A DNA stretch of 32,000 nucleotides from Candidatus Nitrosopelagicus brevis (GCF_000812185.1 NZ_CP007026.1:495222-527221), one strand, 5' to 3'. Numbered from the stretch's first letter, positions 15,632 through 24,857 are shown. Numbers and translations are program-made. The notes: generated from the sequence alone by a model not told the origin.

Positions 15632-16852
15632 ATGGTAATTAAGATTGGAATTATAGGTAAAACTAATACTGGTAAAACCACATTCTTCAATTCCGCTACG
15701 TTGGCATCAACTGAAATTTCATCGTATCCATTTACAACAAAAAAACCACAAAATGGAACTGCACAAGCAATCACGTTATGTGTACATATGGAGTTTAAAG
15801 TACAATGTGAACCAAATCATTCTAAATGTGCTGATGGATGGCGTTACATTCCAATCGAATTAATTGATTTACCTGGATTAATCAAAGATGCATGGAAAGG
15901 AAAAGGATTAGGAAATCAGTTTCTCTCAATTGCTGCTCAGTCTGATGCGTTGTTACACGTAGTTGATTGTTCTGGAAGTATTGATGCATCAGGAAAAATT
16001 ACTGAACCTGGCTCAGGTGATCCGGTATCTGATTTTGCTGACATTGAAGAAGAATTGGTAATGTGGTATCAAAAAATTCTTGAAGGTAATAGGGATAAAC
16101 TATCAAAAAACATTCGCGATGGAACAGATCAAGTGGATGCTTTAACTGAACTATATCAAGGAATTGGAGTTAAAAAATCCCATGTAATTCAAGCACTAAA
16201 AACTACTGGACTTGAGGACACTCCATTTGATGAATTTGAAATGGGTCAAACCAAAGAACTTGCAAAAATTCTACGTAAGATATCAAAACCTACCTTGATA
16301 GTTGCAAACAAAATTGATGTCCCAGGTGCAGACAAAAATTTTAATCGCCTTCGTGAAAGATATAATGAGGTCATTACTGTTCCTGCAAGTGCAGACAGTG
16401 AGTTGACCTTGAGACGTGCTGAACAACAGGATTTGATTAAATATTCACCTGGTTCTGAACAATTTGACGTTGTAAAACCTGAAGAATTAAACGACAAACA
16501 GACAAACGCACTAAACTTCATCAAACAGGATATCATGGGTGAATACATGCGTACAGGTGTTCAATTTGCAATTAATGTTACCGTTTTCAAACTACTAAAA
16601 ATGAATGCAATTTTTCCTGTTGCAGATGAAACTAACATGTCTGATAAGAAAGGACGTGTGCTTCCTGATCTATTCTTACTAAAAGATGGTGCTACTGTAA
16701 AGAATTTGGCAAATGAAATTCATACAGATCTATCAAAAGGATTGTTACATGCTAAAGACTTGAGGTATAATCTTCGTTTACCAACACATTACCAATTGCG
16801 AGATAGAGATGTCATATCTTTAGTAAGCGCAACAAAGAAATCCACTGGATAA
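15632..16852 (+). CDS. Obg-like GTPase/ATPase (YchF/DRG type) with C-terminal TGS-like domain
   Basis: G1 GKTNTGKTT, G2 region PFTT, G3 DLPG, G4 ANKID, and a C-terminal beta-grasp-like tail (YQLRDRDVISLV). Confidence 0.85.
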   Translation: MVIKIGIIGKTNTGKTTFFNSATLASTEISSYPFTTKKPQNGTAQAITLCVHMEFKVQCEPNHSKCADGWRYIPIELIDLPGLIKDAWKGKGLGNQFLSIAAQSDALLHVVDCSGSIDASGKITEPGSGDPVSDFADIEEELVMWYQKILEGNRDKLSKNIRDGTDQVDALTELYQGIGVKKSHVIQALKTTGLEDTPFDEFEMGQTKELAKILRKISKPTLIVANKIDVPGADKNFNRLRERYNEVITVPASADSELTLRRAEQQDLIKYSPGSEQFDVVKPEELNDKQTNALNFIKQDIMGEYMRTGVQFAINVTVFKLLKMNAIFPVADETNMSDKKGRVLPDLFLLKDGATVKNLANEIHTDLSKGLLHAKDLRYNLRLPTHYQLRDRDVISLVSATKKSTG

Positions 16853-16867
16853 AATCAGTGATTATCA

Positions 16868-17785
16868 ATGGAATCTGTAAATTTTGTTATTTTAGGTGAT
16901 CAAGAAATTGCAACTGATTTTGGAAAAAAAGGTACATCTACAGATTTAACGTTATTTGATAGAAAAGAATCTGAAAAAATTTACACATTTGTAACGCCGA
17001 ATGGTTTTCCTGAAAAGATTCAGCCTCTATTTCAGGCAATTGCATTGGCAGAATATGTGATATTTCATGTAAATACATTAGACAAGTTTACAGGCGAACA
17101 AATTCTTGCTTTAGATGCACTAGGAAAAAAGGACGGAATTTTATCCCATTCTTATGATGTTGATGAATCTCGATTAGATTTGATGATCAAAGGAACTGTT
17201 CTTGAAGGATACAAAAAAATTGAACAAGATAAAATTAAAGAAGAATTAGCAAACTTCGCTGTAGAAAAAAAAGATGGAAGTACAAGCATTGTAATTGATC
17301 ACACTTTTGATGTAAAGGGTGTGGGAACTGTAGCATTAGGGAAGGTTCTATCTGGAAAGATCACACAATATGATAAGATTAACCATTATCCTTCTGAAAT
17401 TGAAGCAATGGTAAAATCAATTCAAATGCATGATGATGATGTTAAAGAGTCAGTTTCACCTGCCCGAGTTGGTCTTTCTCTTAAAAATATCAAACATGAT
17501 GAGATTACACGTGGTGATGTGCTATCAAATGACCCTTCAATCAAAACTGTCACTGAAATTACTATTGATTTCAAACAAAATCAATTCTTCAAGGCAAACT
17601 TGGCAGAAAATCAAATGTGTCTTGTAAGTATAGGTCTTCAAATAAAGGCTGCAAAGTTTGCATCTGTATCTCCTATGAAATTAATATTTGAAAAACCTGT
17701 AATCATAATGCCTGAAGATGTATGTGTTTTACTAAAGCCTGAATCTAACAGTGTTCGAATAATTGGAAGTGGTACTCCTCAATGA
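16868..17785 (+). CDS. EF-Tu/SelB-like protein with degenerate G domain (domain II beta-barrel retained)
   Basis: The central block IDHTFDVKGVGTVALGKVLSGKI...VKSIQMHDDDV...ARVGLSLKNI...ITRGDVL is a typical EF-Tu domain II. The N-terminal roughly 130 aa has no GxxxxGK(S/T), DxxG or NKxD motif. Confidence 0.7.
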   Translation: MESVNFVILGDQEIATDFGKKGTSTDLTLFDRKESEKIYTFVTPNGFPEKIQPLFQAIALAEYVIFHVNTLDKFTGEQILALDALGKKDGILSHSYDVDESRLDLMIKGTVLEGYKKIEQDKIKEELANFAVEKKDGSTSIVIDHTFDVKGVGTVALGKVLSGKITQYDKINHYPSEIEAMVKSIQMHDDDVKESVSPARVGLSLKNIKHDEITRGDVLSNDPSIKTVTEITIDFKQNQFFKANLAENQMCLVSIGLQIKAAKFASVSPMKLIFEKPVIIMPEDVCVLLKPESNSVRIIGSGTPQ

Positions 17786-17901
17786 ACTCTGCAAGAGCAT
17801 GTCCAATCTGTCCTGAATGTGGCTCTAAAAAATTTGAAAGACTAGATGGTGACGGTGTAAAGGTTCGATGTTTAAGCTGTAAAAAAATCATAACTATTTA
17901 G
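17782..17901 (+). CDS. 39-aa zinc-ribbon peptide, not in the ORF track
   Basis: My translation: MNSARACPICPECGSKKFERLDGDGVKVRCLSCKKIITI (CxxCxxC...CxxC). Its ATG overlaps the upstream TGA (ATGA). Confidence 0.45.
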   Translation: MNSARACPICPECGSKKFERLDGDGVKVRCLSCKKIITI

Positions 17902-18133
17902 ATAAACACTCTGACAAATCTTCATGAAATTTACTTGCTTGAAAATCGTTTAGATTGTCATCTCTGTCTTCTAGTGCAAATTTCTCCATTTCACTACATG
18001 TCCATCCTTCCCAGATCCGGGGATTTGTAACATTTTTCTCAAACATGTTAATTCCCACAATGCTGACAGGAACCACAATTGCAAAAATTACAATTATTAA
18101 TAATTTTACAAACTTTGGATTATCTGTGATCAT
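17894..18133 (-). CDS. Small N-terminally anchored membrane protein (79 aa)
   Basis: From ATG 18133: MITDNPKFVKLLIIVIFAIVVPVSIVGINMF..., one TM helix plus an acidic domain. The longer track ORF (to 18265) would run through the ilvC start, so I prefer the shorter form. Confidence 0.4.
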   Translation of the reverse strand: MITDNPKFVKLLIIVIFAIVVPVSIVGINMFEKNVTNPRIWEGWTCSEMEKFALEDRDDNLNDFQASKFHEDLSECLSK

Positions 18134-18181
18134 GAATTTGATTATTGCATAGATTATATAGAATTGACTTTGAGTTTGAGT

Positions 18182-19180
18182 ATGGCAAAGACATGGAAAG
18201 ATGCAGACATTAGTCTTGACCCTATCAAAGACCAAACTATTGCAGTAATTGGATATGGTATCCAAGGAGATGCACAGGCAAATAACATGAAAGATTCAGG
18301 TCTAAAAGTTATTGTTGGCTTAAGAGAAGGTAGCCCAACTTGGAATAAAGCAAAAGAAGACGGTCATCAAGTTATGTCAGTTGCCGATGCCACAAAACAA
18401 GCAGACATTGTTCACATTTTACTTCCAGATATGGTTCAAGCCAAAGTGTACAAAGAAGAAATTGGTCCAAACCTTTCAGAAGGAAATGCATTATCATTTT
18501 CACATGCAGCAGCAATTTACTGGAAATGGATTGACGCACCAGAAAATGTTGATCTAATTATGGTTGCACCAAAAGGTCCTGGCTCTAAAGTAAGAGAGAC
18601 ATACTTACAAAACTTTGGAACTCCATCAATTGTTGCAGTAGAACAAGACAAGACAGGTAACGCATGGGATAGAACATTAGGAATTGCAAAGGCAATTGGT
18701 AGTGCTCGTGCTGGATTAATCCAAACTACATTCAAAGAGGAAGTTGAAACTGATTGGTTTGGGGAGCAAGCAGATTTGTGTGGTGGTTCTGCATCAATGG
18801 TAGTTAACGCATTTGAGACATTAGTAGAAGCAGGCTATCAACCAGAAATTGCATACTTTGAGGTATTACACGAATTAAAATTAATTGTAGACATGATTCA
18901 AAGATATGGAATCAATGGAATGTGGAGACGTGTTTCAGAAACTGCAAGATATGGTGGACTTACAAGAGGTCCAATGGTCATGACATCTGATACAAAAGAA
19001 AACATGAAAAAAGTTCTAACAATGATTCAAGATGGAACATTTAACAAAGAATGGATTGATAATTATCAAAATGAAGGCAAGGCTGCATTTGATAAATACA
19101 TGAAAGACTTGGATGGTCATCAAATCGAAACTGTAGGAAAACAGATGAGAAAAATGATGTGGCCTGACTCTACTGAATAA
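18182..19180 (+). CDS. ilvC: Ketol-acid reductoisomerase (class I)
   Basis: IAVIGYGIQGDAQANNMKDSG Rossmann motif, then SFSHAAAI, FGEQADLCGG and HELKLIVD blocks. The first ATG is 18182; the track ORF starts at 18164. Confidence 0.95.
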   Translation: MAKTWKDADISLDPIKDQTIAVIGYGIQGDAQANNMKDSGLKVIVGLREGSPTWNKAKEDGHQVMSVADATKQADIVHILLPDMVQAKVYKEEIGPNLSEGNALSFSHAAAIYWKWIDAPENVDLIMVAPKGPGSKVRETYLQNFGTPSIVAVEQDKTGNAWDRTLGIAKAIGSARAGLIQTTFKEEVETDWFGEQADLCGGSASMVVNAFETLVEAGYQPEIAYFEVLHELKLIVDMIQRYGINGMWRRVSETARYGGLTRGPMVMTSDTKENMKKVLTMIQDGTFNKEWIDNYQNEGKAAFDKYMKDLDGHQIETVGKQMRKMMWPDSTE

Positions 19181-19182
19181 AA

Positions 19183-19605
19183 TTATAATTTTCTTAGTTT
19201 TGAAACGCCTTTTGTTATGTGGTCTATGATTATGTCTAATGATGTTCCTGGACCAAAGTTTCCTGAAACTCCTGCTTTTTCTAATGCCTTTTTGTCTTCT
19301 TCAGGAATTACACCACCACCTACAACTAGTACGTCTGTGATCTTTTTCTTTTTCAATTCTTTTACAACTCTTGGAAATAATGTTCCATGAGCTCCATTTA
19401 GCAAACTTAGGGCAACAGCATCAGCATCTTCGTCTTCGACAATCTGTGCAATTCTATCTGGTGTGGCAAATAACCCTGAATAGATTACCTCCATTCCGGC
19501 ATCTCTAAATGCTCTACATAGAACTAGTGCACCTCTATCATGACCATCCAAGCCTAATTTTGCAACTAGAATTTTGACGCGTCGTGACTGTACCTTTTGC
19601 TTCAT
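19183..19605 (-). CDS. Methylmalonyl-CoA mutase, small cobalamin-binding subunit
   Basis: B12-binding DxHxxG signature in KLGLDGHDRGA, plus a Rossmann-like alpha/beta pattern and VVGGGVIP. Confidence 0.9.
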   Translation of the reverse strand: MKQKVQSRRVKILVAKLGLDGHDRGALVLCRAFRDAGMEVIYSGLFATPDRIAQIVEDEDADAVALSLLNGAHGTLFPRVVKELKKKKITDVLVVGGGVIPEEDKKALEKAGVSGNFGPGTSLDIIIDHITKGVSKLRKL

Positions 19606-19626
19606 GATTTAATTCTTAAAATTTGG

Positions 19627-19636
19627 CTTTAAAATC
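19627..19636 (-). promoter_or_regulatory. TATA-like box for the mutase small-subunit gene
   Basis: The complement reads GATTTTAAAG, about 27 nt upstream of the ATG at 19605. Confidence 0.35.
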
Positions 19637-19647
19637 TTTCTTTACAT

Positions 19648-19660
19648 CTAAATTTTTAAT
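19648..19660 (+). promoter_or_regulatory. TATA-like box for meaB
   Basis: CTAAATTTTTAAT, about 28 nt upstream of ATG 19682. Confidence 0.35.
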
Positions 19661-19681
19661 CAAGGGATTAGAGGGTTTTGT

Positions 19682-20599
19682 ATGGCACTACTTCCAGATT
19701 TAAAAAAGGGAAAGCGAGGCGCAATTGCAAAAGCCATCTCAATAATGGAAAATGACCCAAAAGAGGCACGTAAATTAATAAAAAAAATCTACAAACTTTC
19801 TGGTAAATCCGTTGTAATTGGAATAACAGGTCCTGCAGGAGCTGGAAAATCATCCTTAATCAACAGACTGTCCATGGAGCTGAAAAAATTAAAACTAAAA
19901 CCTGCTGTATTGGCAGTAGATCCTACTAGTCATGTAACTGGCGGTGCAATTTTGGGAGACCGTGTTAGAATGACCGAGTCAACAGATACTGGTACATACA
20001 TACGAAGTATAGCATCACGTGGTGCAACTGGTGCCATCGCACATTCGGTAAGGAATAGTTTACGCGTTTTGGAATATGCAGGATTTAATCCAATCATAAT
20101 TGAAAGTGTTGGTGCAGGACAAACAGAAGTCGACATTTCAAAAATTGCAGATATTACAGTTGTTACATTTAATCCGCATACAGGAGATAGCATTCAAACC
20201 ATCAAAGCTGGAATTACAGAAATTGGTGATATCTATTTGGTAAACAAAAGTGATTTAGATGGAGCGACACAGCTGTTCCAAGCTTTACAAGATTTCATCG
20301 GAACTGACGAAGAAGAGGCTGTAATCCTAAAAACATCTGCAAAGAAAAACAAAGGAATCAAAGAATTAGCATCTAAACTTAAAGAATTAATGAAGCAAAA
20401 AAGTAAAGACAAAAAAACTTCAGAGAAAACTCGTCTAGAATCTGAATTGGAAGATATTATTTTAAATAACGTTAGACAGGAAATTTCAACAATGATTGGA
20501 AAAAGCAAGTCATTTTCATCCTATCTCAAAAAAGTTCAAGAGAAAAAAATAGATCCATTTGAGGCAGCAGATAAACTGACAAAAAATTTCATAAAGTGA
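19682..20599 (+). CDS. meaB: Methylmalonyl-CoA mutase-associated G3E GTPase (MeaB/ArgK)
   Basis: P-loop GITGPAGAGKSSL, ESVGAGQTE, and VNKSDL (NKxD). Confidence 0.9.
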   Translation: MALLPDLKKGKRGAIAKAISIMENDPKEARKLIKKIYKLSGKSVVIGITGPAGAGKSSLINRLSMELKKLKLKPAVLAVDPTSHVTGGAILGDRVRMTESTDTGTYIRSIASRGATGAIAHSVRNSLRVLEYAGFNPIIIESVGAGQTEVDISKIADITVVTFNPHTGDSIQTIKAGITEIGDIYLVNKSDLDGATQLFQALQDFIGTDEEEAVILKTSAKKNKGIKELASKLKELMKQKSKDKKTSEKTRLESELEDIILNNVRQEISTMIGKSKSFSSYLKKVQEKKIDPFEAADKLTKNFIK

Positions 20600-20604
20600 T
20601 TAAA

Positions 20605-22203
20605 ATGGCAACAAAAAAGAAAACAAAAACTGCACCAAAAGAATATGTAACAGATTCTAGCATTCCGATTAAACCCTTTTATCAGAAATCTACAAAAAAG
20701 AGACCTAAAGAAGAACCAGGAAAATTTCCATTTACCAGAGGAATTCATCAAGGAATGTATCGTGATAGATTTTGGACAATGCGTCAGTATGCAGGATTTG
20801 GTGATGCTGCACAAAGTAACAAACGATACAAGTTCATGTTAGAAAAAGGACAAACTGGAATTTCTATGGCATTTGATTTACCAACTCAAATCGGTCATGA
20901 TCCTGATGCACCACAAGCAGAAGGTGAAGTAGGAAAAGTTGGCGTATCTATCTCATCGCTTAAAGATATGCAAACTGTATTCAATGGAATTGAATTAGGA
21001 AAAGTTTCTACATCTATGACAATTAACGCAACTGCATCTACATTACTTGCCTACTATATTGCGGTAGGAGAATCACAAGGATTTTCAAGTAAACAATTGA
21101 GAGGAACAACACAAAATGATATTCTCAAAGAATACATCGCTAGAAATACCTACATCTATCCACCAGAACCTTCCATGAGAATCATTGGTGACATGATTGG
21201 ATATTGTGCTACCGAAGTTCCACAATGGTATCCTGTTTCTATCTCGGGCTATCACATTCGAGAAGCAGGTTCAAATGCAGTACAAGAAATTGCATTTACC
21301 ATTGCTAATGCCATTCAATACATTGAAACCTGTCTTGCCCAAGGACTAAAGATTGATGAATTTGCTCCAAGATTATCATTTTTCTTCTGTTGTACAATAG
21401 AATTCTTTGAAGAGATTGCAAAGTTCAGAGTTGCAAGAAAGGTTTATGCAAAAATTCTAAAAGAAAGATTCCATGCAAAGAACGAAAAATCATTACAGTT
21501 AAAATTCCATACCCAAACAAGCGGTGAATCATTAACTGCACAACAACCTGATAACAACATTGTTCGTGTTGCTATGCAAACAATGGCTGCTGTCTTAGGT
21601 GGAACACAATCACTTCATACAAATTCAAGAGATGAGGCATTGGCACTTCCAACAGAAGAATCTGCAAAAATTGCACTAAGAACACAACAAATTGTTGCAT
21701 CTGAATCTGGCATTACAAAAACAGTAGACCCTATGGCAGGCTCTCATTATTTAGAAGAATTATGTGATGAGATTGAAGAACAAACTTGGGCATATCTTAA
21801 AAAAATTGATAAAATGGGCGGTTCACTCAAAGCAATTGAAAAAGGATTTTTCCAAGCAGAGATAAGACAAAATGCATATCGTATCAAAAAAGAGGTAGAT
21901 GATTCATCTCGAGTTTTAGTCGGTGTCAACAAATTTGTTGATGAGGTTGAGGCAAAACAAAAACTACTCAGAATTGATGATTCTCTAGGAAGAAAACAGG
22001 AAAAAGCAATCAAAGCACTAAGAAAATCACGTGATAACAAAAAAACTGATAGTGCTCTATCAAAATTACAGGCAGCAGCTGATACTGACCAAAACTTAAT
22101 GCCATTCATTGTAAACTCTGTTAAGACATATGCTACAACTGGTGAAATCAGCAATACGTTACGGGAAGTATTTGGCGAATATAGGCCAAAGGAGGTTTTC
22201 TAA
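20605..22203 (+). CDS. Methylmalonyl-CoA mutase, large catalytic subunit
   Basis: FTRGIHQGMYRDRFWTMRQYAGFG, AFDLPTQ, RGTTQNDILKEY and HTQTSG blocks. ATG 20605 lies 5 nt after the meaB stop; the track ORF starts at GTG 20596. Confidence 0.95.
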   Translation: MATKKKTKTAPKEYVTDSSIPIKPFYQKSTKKRPKEEPGKFPFTRGIHQGMYRDRFWTMRQYAGFGDAAQSNKRYKFMLEKGQTGISMAFDLPTQIGHDPDAPQAEGEVGKVGVSISSLKDMQTVFNGIELGKVSTSMTINATASTLLAYYIAVGESQGFSSKQLRGTTQNDILKEYIARNTYIYPPEPSMRIIGDMIGYCATEVPQWYPVSISGYHIREAGSNAVQEIAFTIANAIQYIETCLAQGLKIDEFAPRLSFFFCCTIEFFEEIAKFRVARKVYAKILKERFHAKNEKSLQLKFHTQTSGESLTAQQPDNNIVRVAMQTMAAVLGGTQSLHTNSRDEALALPTEESAKIALRTQQIVASESGITKTVDPMAGSHYLEELCDEIEEQTWAYLKKIDKMGGSLKAIEKGFFQAEIRQNAYRIKKEVDDSSRVLVGVNKFVDEVEAKQKLLRIDDSLGRKQEKAIKALRKSRDNKKTDSALSKLQAAADTDQNLMPFIVNSVKTYATTGEISNTLREVFGEYRPKEVF

Positions 22204-22599
22204 ATGAAAATTGATCATATTGCAATTGCTGTAAATGATGTTGAAGCATCTGCAAAAGTGTATCAAAAAGCACTTGGAATTGATGAAATTGAATTTGAAA
22301 CTGTAGAAAGTGAGGGAGTAAAAGTTGCTATCATCCCTATGGAAAATGGAAGAATTGAGTTAATGCAACCAACAAAAGATGATAGTCCAATCAAAAAATT
22401 TCTTGATAAAAAAGGTCCAGGTTTACATCACATGGCTTTGGAAACTGATAACATTGATGGCGAAGTAGAACGTATGGAAGGCTGTGGAGTCCAATTCTTA
22501 GGTAAGGTCCGTCCAGGTTCCGCTGGAACAAAAGTTACATTCATTCATCCAAAATCTTTAGAGGGCGTTTTGGCTGAATTATGTTCACACCCAAAATAA
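22204..22599 (+). CDS. mce: Methylmalonyl-CoA epimerase (VOC/glyoxalase fold)
   Basis: IDHIAIAVNDVEAS...ELMQP...GPGLHHMAL...FIHP pattern. The ATG immediately follows the mutase stop (TAAATG). Confidence 0.9.
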   Translation: MKIDHIAIAVNDVEASAKVYQKALGIDEIEFETVESEGVKVAIIPMENGRIELMQPTKDDSPIKKFLDKKGPGLHHMALETDNIDGEVERMEGCGVQFLGKVRPGSAGTKVTFIHPKSLEGVLAELCSHPK

Positions 22600-22627
22600 A
22601 AAAAAACAGACACAAGTTCCACTATAT

Positions 22628-23347
22628 GTGCAAAAAGCATTGCACTATGATTTGGATTATCCTTCTATGGCGCACGTCTTCATCTTATCTCCCTCTGGAG
22701 GAATACTTCAAGGCGATCGATATAGAATGGATGTTGAATTAAGAAATAACGCAATATCTCATATTACAACTCAGGGTGCAACTAGGATATACAAAATGGA
22801 ATCAAACTATGCAACACATATGGTAACTCTCAACTTGAAGGATAACTCCTACTTGGAATTCATACCTGAACAAATTATCCCATACAAAAATTCAAGATTC
22901 TATCAAAAAACCAATTTACAAATTGATGATTCATCCACTGTGGTTTATTCTGAAACAATTGTGCCTGGAAGAATTGCAATGGGTGAAATGTTTGACTTTG
23001 ATTTGTGTTATCTTAAAACTGAAGGAAAAATAAATGACCGTGTTCAGTTTAGAGACTCTTCCCTCTTATCCCCAAAAATGCAAAAAATACAATCTCTTGC
23101 AATGTTTGATGATAAAACAATTTTAACTTCTGTATACATATTGACAAAAAAACATGTTACAAAAGTTAACGATATGATAAATGAACTGTTTTCTCATACT
23201 CAAAACATATCTGGTGGTTCTAGTATTTTACCTAATGATTCTGGAATTTCAATTAGAATTTTAGGAAATTCGTCTGAGGATCAAAAAATAACTATCTATG
23301 AAATTTTGAAAATTATTAGAAAAGAAATTTTACCTGAATATCTCTAA
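22628..23347 (+). CDS. ureD: Urease accessory protein UreD/UreH-like protein (orphan in this window)
   Basis: The blocks FILSPSGGILQGDRY, ITTQGATRIYK, YLEFIPEQIIPY and YSETIVPGRIAMGE follow the UreD/UreH order as I recall it. The start is GTG 22628 or ATG 22667, 28 nt after the epimerase stop. Confidence 0.65.
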   Translation: MQKALHYDLDYPSMAHVFILSPSGGILQGDRYRMDVELRNNAISHITTQGATRIYKMESNYATHMVTLNLKDNSYLEFIPEQIIPYKNSRFYQKTNLQIDDSSTVVYSETIVPGRIAMGEMFDFDLCYLKTEGKINDRVQFRDSSLLSPKMQKIQSLAMFDDKTILTSVYILTKKHVTKVNDMINELFSHTQNISGGSSILPNDSGISIRILGNSSEDQKITIYEILKIIRKEILPEYL

Positions 23348-23348
23348 T

Positions 23349-23897
23349 CTATTCTACCATCTTCAATACGTCTGCACCGGTAATAATTCCAATAATTTTT
23401 GTTCCTTTTCTTACTAGGATGCATTTTGAATATTTTATGAGAGGAGCTAATGTGCTTGCAGGTGTTTCATTTTCTACTATTGGTGGTGCAGGTTCCATGA
23501 TGTCTTCAATTCTAATTTTTTTTGATACGCCATCACTCATATGCCCAATAATTCCTGAATCTGTAATCACTCCTACTGCATCGTTACCATCAAAAATTGG
23601 GATCTGACTAATCTTTTCTTTATCCATTTTTACCATTGCTTCTCCAAGAGTATTAGTTGGTTTTAATTTGACAATTTTCTGACTACATAATTCTCCTGCA
23701 TTGTGTGCTGATGCTTCACTTTCTTTACTTGCTAGTACCTCAAAAATTCGCTTTGCTGTATTATAACTTGGAGCACTTCGTCCTGATTCAATTTGATTAA
23801 TCATGGATGTACTAACCCCGACCAAATTTGCAAGATCCTTTTGTGTCATATTGATTTTTAGTCTTTGTTGTTTTATACTCTCAATTGATGGCAGCAT
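23349..23897 (-). CDS. Transcriptional regulator, XRE-type HTH plus CBS-pair domain
   Basis: N-terminal MTQKDLANLVGVSTSMINQIESG helix-turn-helix, with a C-terminal tandem CBS pattern (IPIFDGNDAVGVITDSG...ILVRKGTKIIGIITGADV). Confidence 0.8.
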   Translation of the reverse strand: MLPSIESIKQQRLKINMTQKDLANLVGVSTSMINQIESGRSAPSYNTAKRIFEVLASKESEASAHNAGELCSQKIVKLKPTNTLGEAMVKMDKEKISQIPIFDGNDAVGVITDSGIIGHMSDGVSKKIRIEDIMEPAPPIVENETPASTLAPLIKYSKCILVRKGTKIIGIITGADVLKMVE

Positions 23898-23915
23898 ATT
23901 AAATTCTGAATCCTG

Positions 23916-24857
23916 TTACTTTTCTAGTTTTTCTAATAGAGCTTTGTACATGAATGGAAAAACTGTTGTAATTTCTGCATGAATCGTAGTTTCAGTTGCA
24001 TTTTTTGTCACCTTTCCCCATGATATTGCTTCTCTTACCAATGCACCGCTTAAGCTTCCATCAAATTCTTGTGCTGTTGTAACATAAACTGCATAATCTA
24101 ATCCTTCTCTATATTGATTCCACCATAGTGTATGATGTTTTGGAACTCCTCCTCCAAGCATTAGCGCTCCTGATTTTTCAGCTTTGAAAACTAATCCTGA
24201 AAGGAAATTTGCATCTTCGATTATGTTTAATTTAAAATCTGAATGTTTTTGTGAAAACATCCATACTTGACTTCCAACTGCTCCATCCATAATTCCTGGA
24301 ACTACTACTGGAATGTCATTTTTGTAGGCCCAATACAAAAATGAATCTTCGCCCATAGCTTTTCCTATTTCTCTGTTAATGTCTGCAGTTGACATTTCTT
24401 TTTTTCCTTCATTGTATGCTTTTTCTAAAATCTCTTGTACCTTTTCTTCAATTAATGGACCATAACTTTCCATTGGTACTAGGACATTTCCTAGTCTGTG
24501 GATATTTTGATCTGCTAATTCTCTATCATCCATTGTAAATGATCCTTCTTTGTATTCTGAAAAGTGTCTTGCAATATCGTGGTCTAATGCACCACATGTT
24601 GTAATTACCACATCACACCATTTTTTCTTGATCATATCTCGTATGATTCCTCTGAATCCTGTTGAAACAATAGCTCCGATAAATGATAGAAATTTTGTGC
24701 ATTTCTCATCACTAATCATATTGTATAGGATGTCTACACCTTCGGCAACATTTCTTGCCTCAAATCCACCTGCTTGTGCAAGTTCTTTGAATATGTGGTC
24801 TGCATCTGAATTATTTGTTATATCTACATCTTTCACGGGACGTCCTGGTGTAATCAT
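23916..24857 (-). CDS. dys: Deoxyhypusine synthase
   Basis: VVITTCGALDHD, VPGIMDGAVG and LGGGVPKHH blocks characteristic of DHS; 313 aa. Confidence 0.9.
   Translation of the reverse strand: MITPGRPVKDVDITNNSDADHIFKELAQAGGFEARNVAEGVDILYNMISDEKCTKFLSFIGAIVSTGFRGIIRDMIKKKWCDVVITTCGALDHDIARHFSEYKEGSFTMDDRELADQNIHRLGNVLVPMESYGPLIEEKVQEILEKAYNEGKKEMSTADINREIGKAMGEDSFLYWAYKNDIPVVVPGIMDGAVGSQVWMFSQKHSDFKLNIIEDANFLSGLVFKAEKSGALMLGGGVPKHHTLWWNQYREGLDYAVYVTTAQEFDGSLSGALVREAISWGKVTKNATETTIHAEITTVFPFMYKALLEKLEK

Noticed and set aside
17894-18265. Full-length 123-codon version of the minus-strand ORF, and the plus ORF 17955..18152
   Set aside because: The long version would overlap the ilvC start and its promoter region, and its N-terminal 44 residues look non-protein-like, so I kept the ATG at 18133. 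The plus-strand ORF is antisense to that gene.
19930-22154. Minus-strand ORFs inside meaB and the mutase large subunit (19930..20193, 20233..20508, 20536..20814, 21747..22154)
   Set aside because: They are antisense to conserved enzymes and have shadow-like composition.
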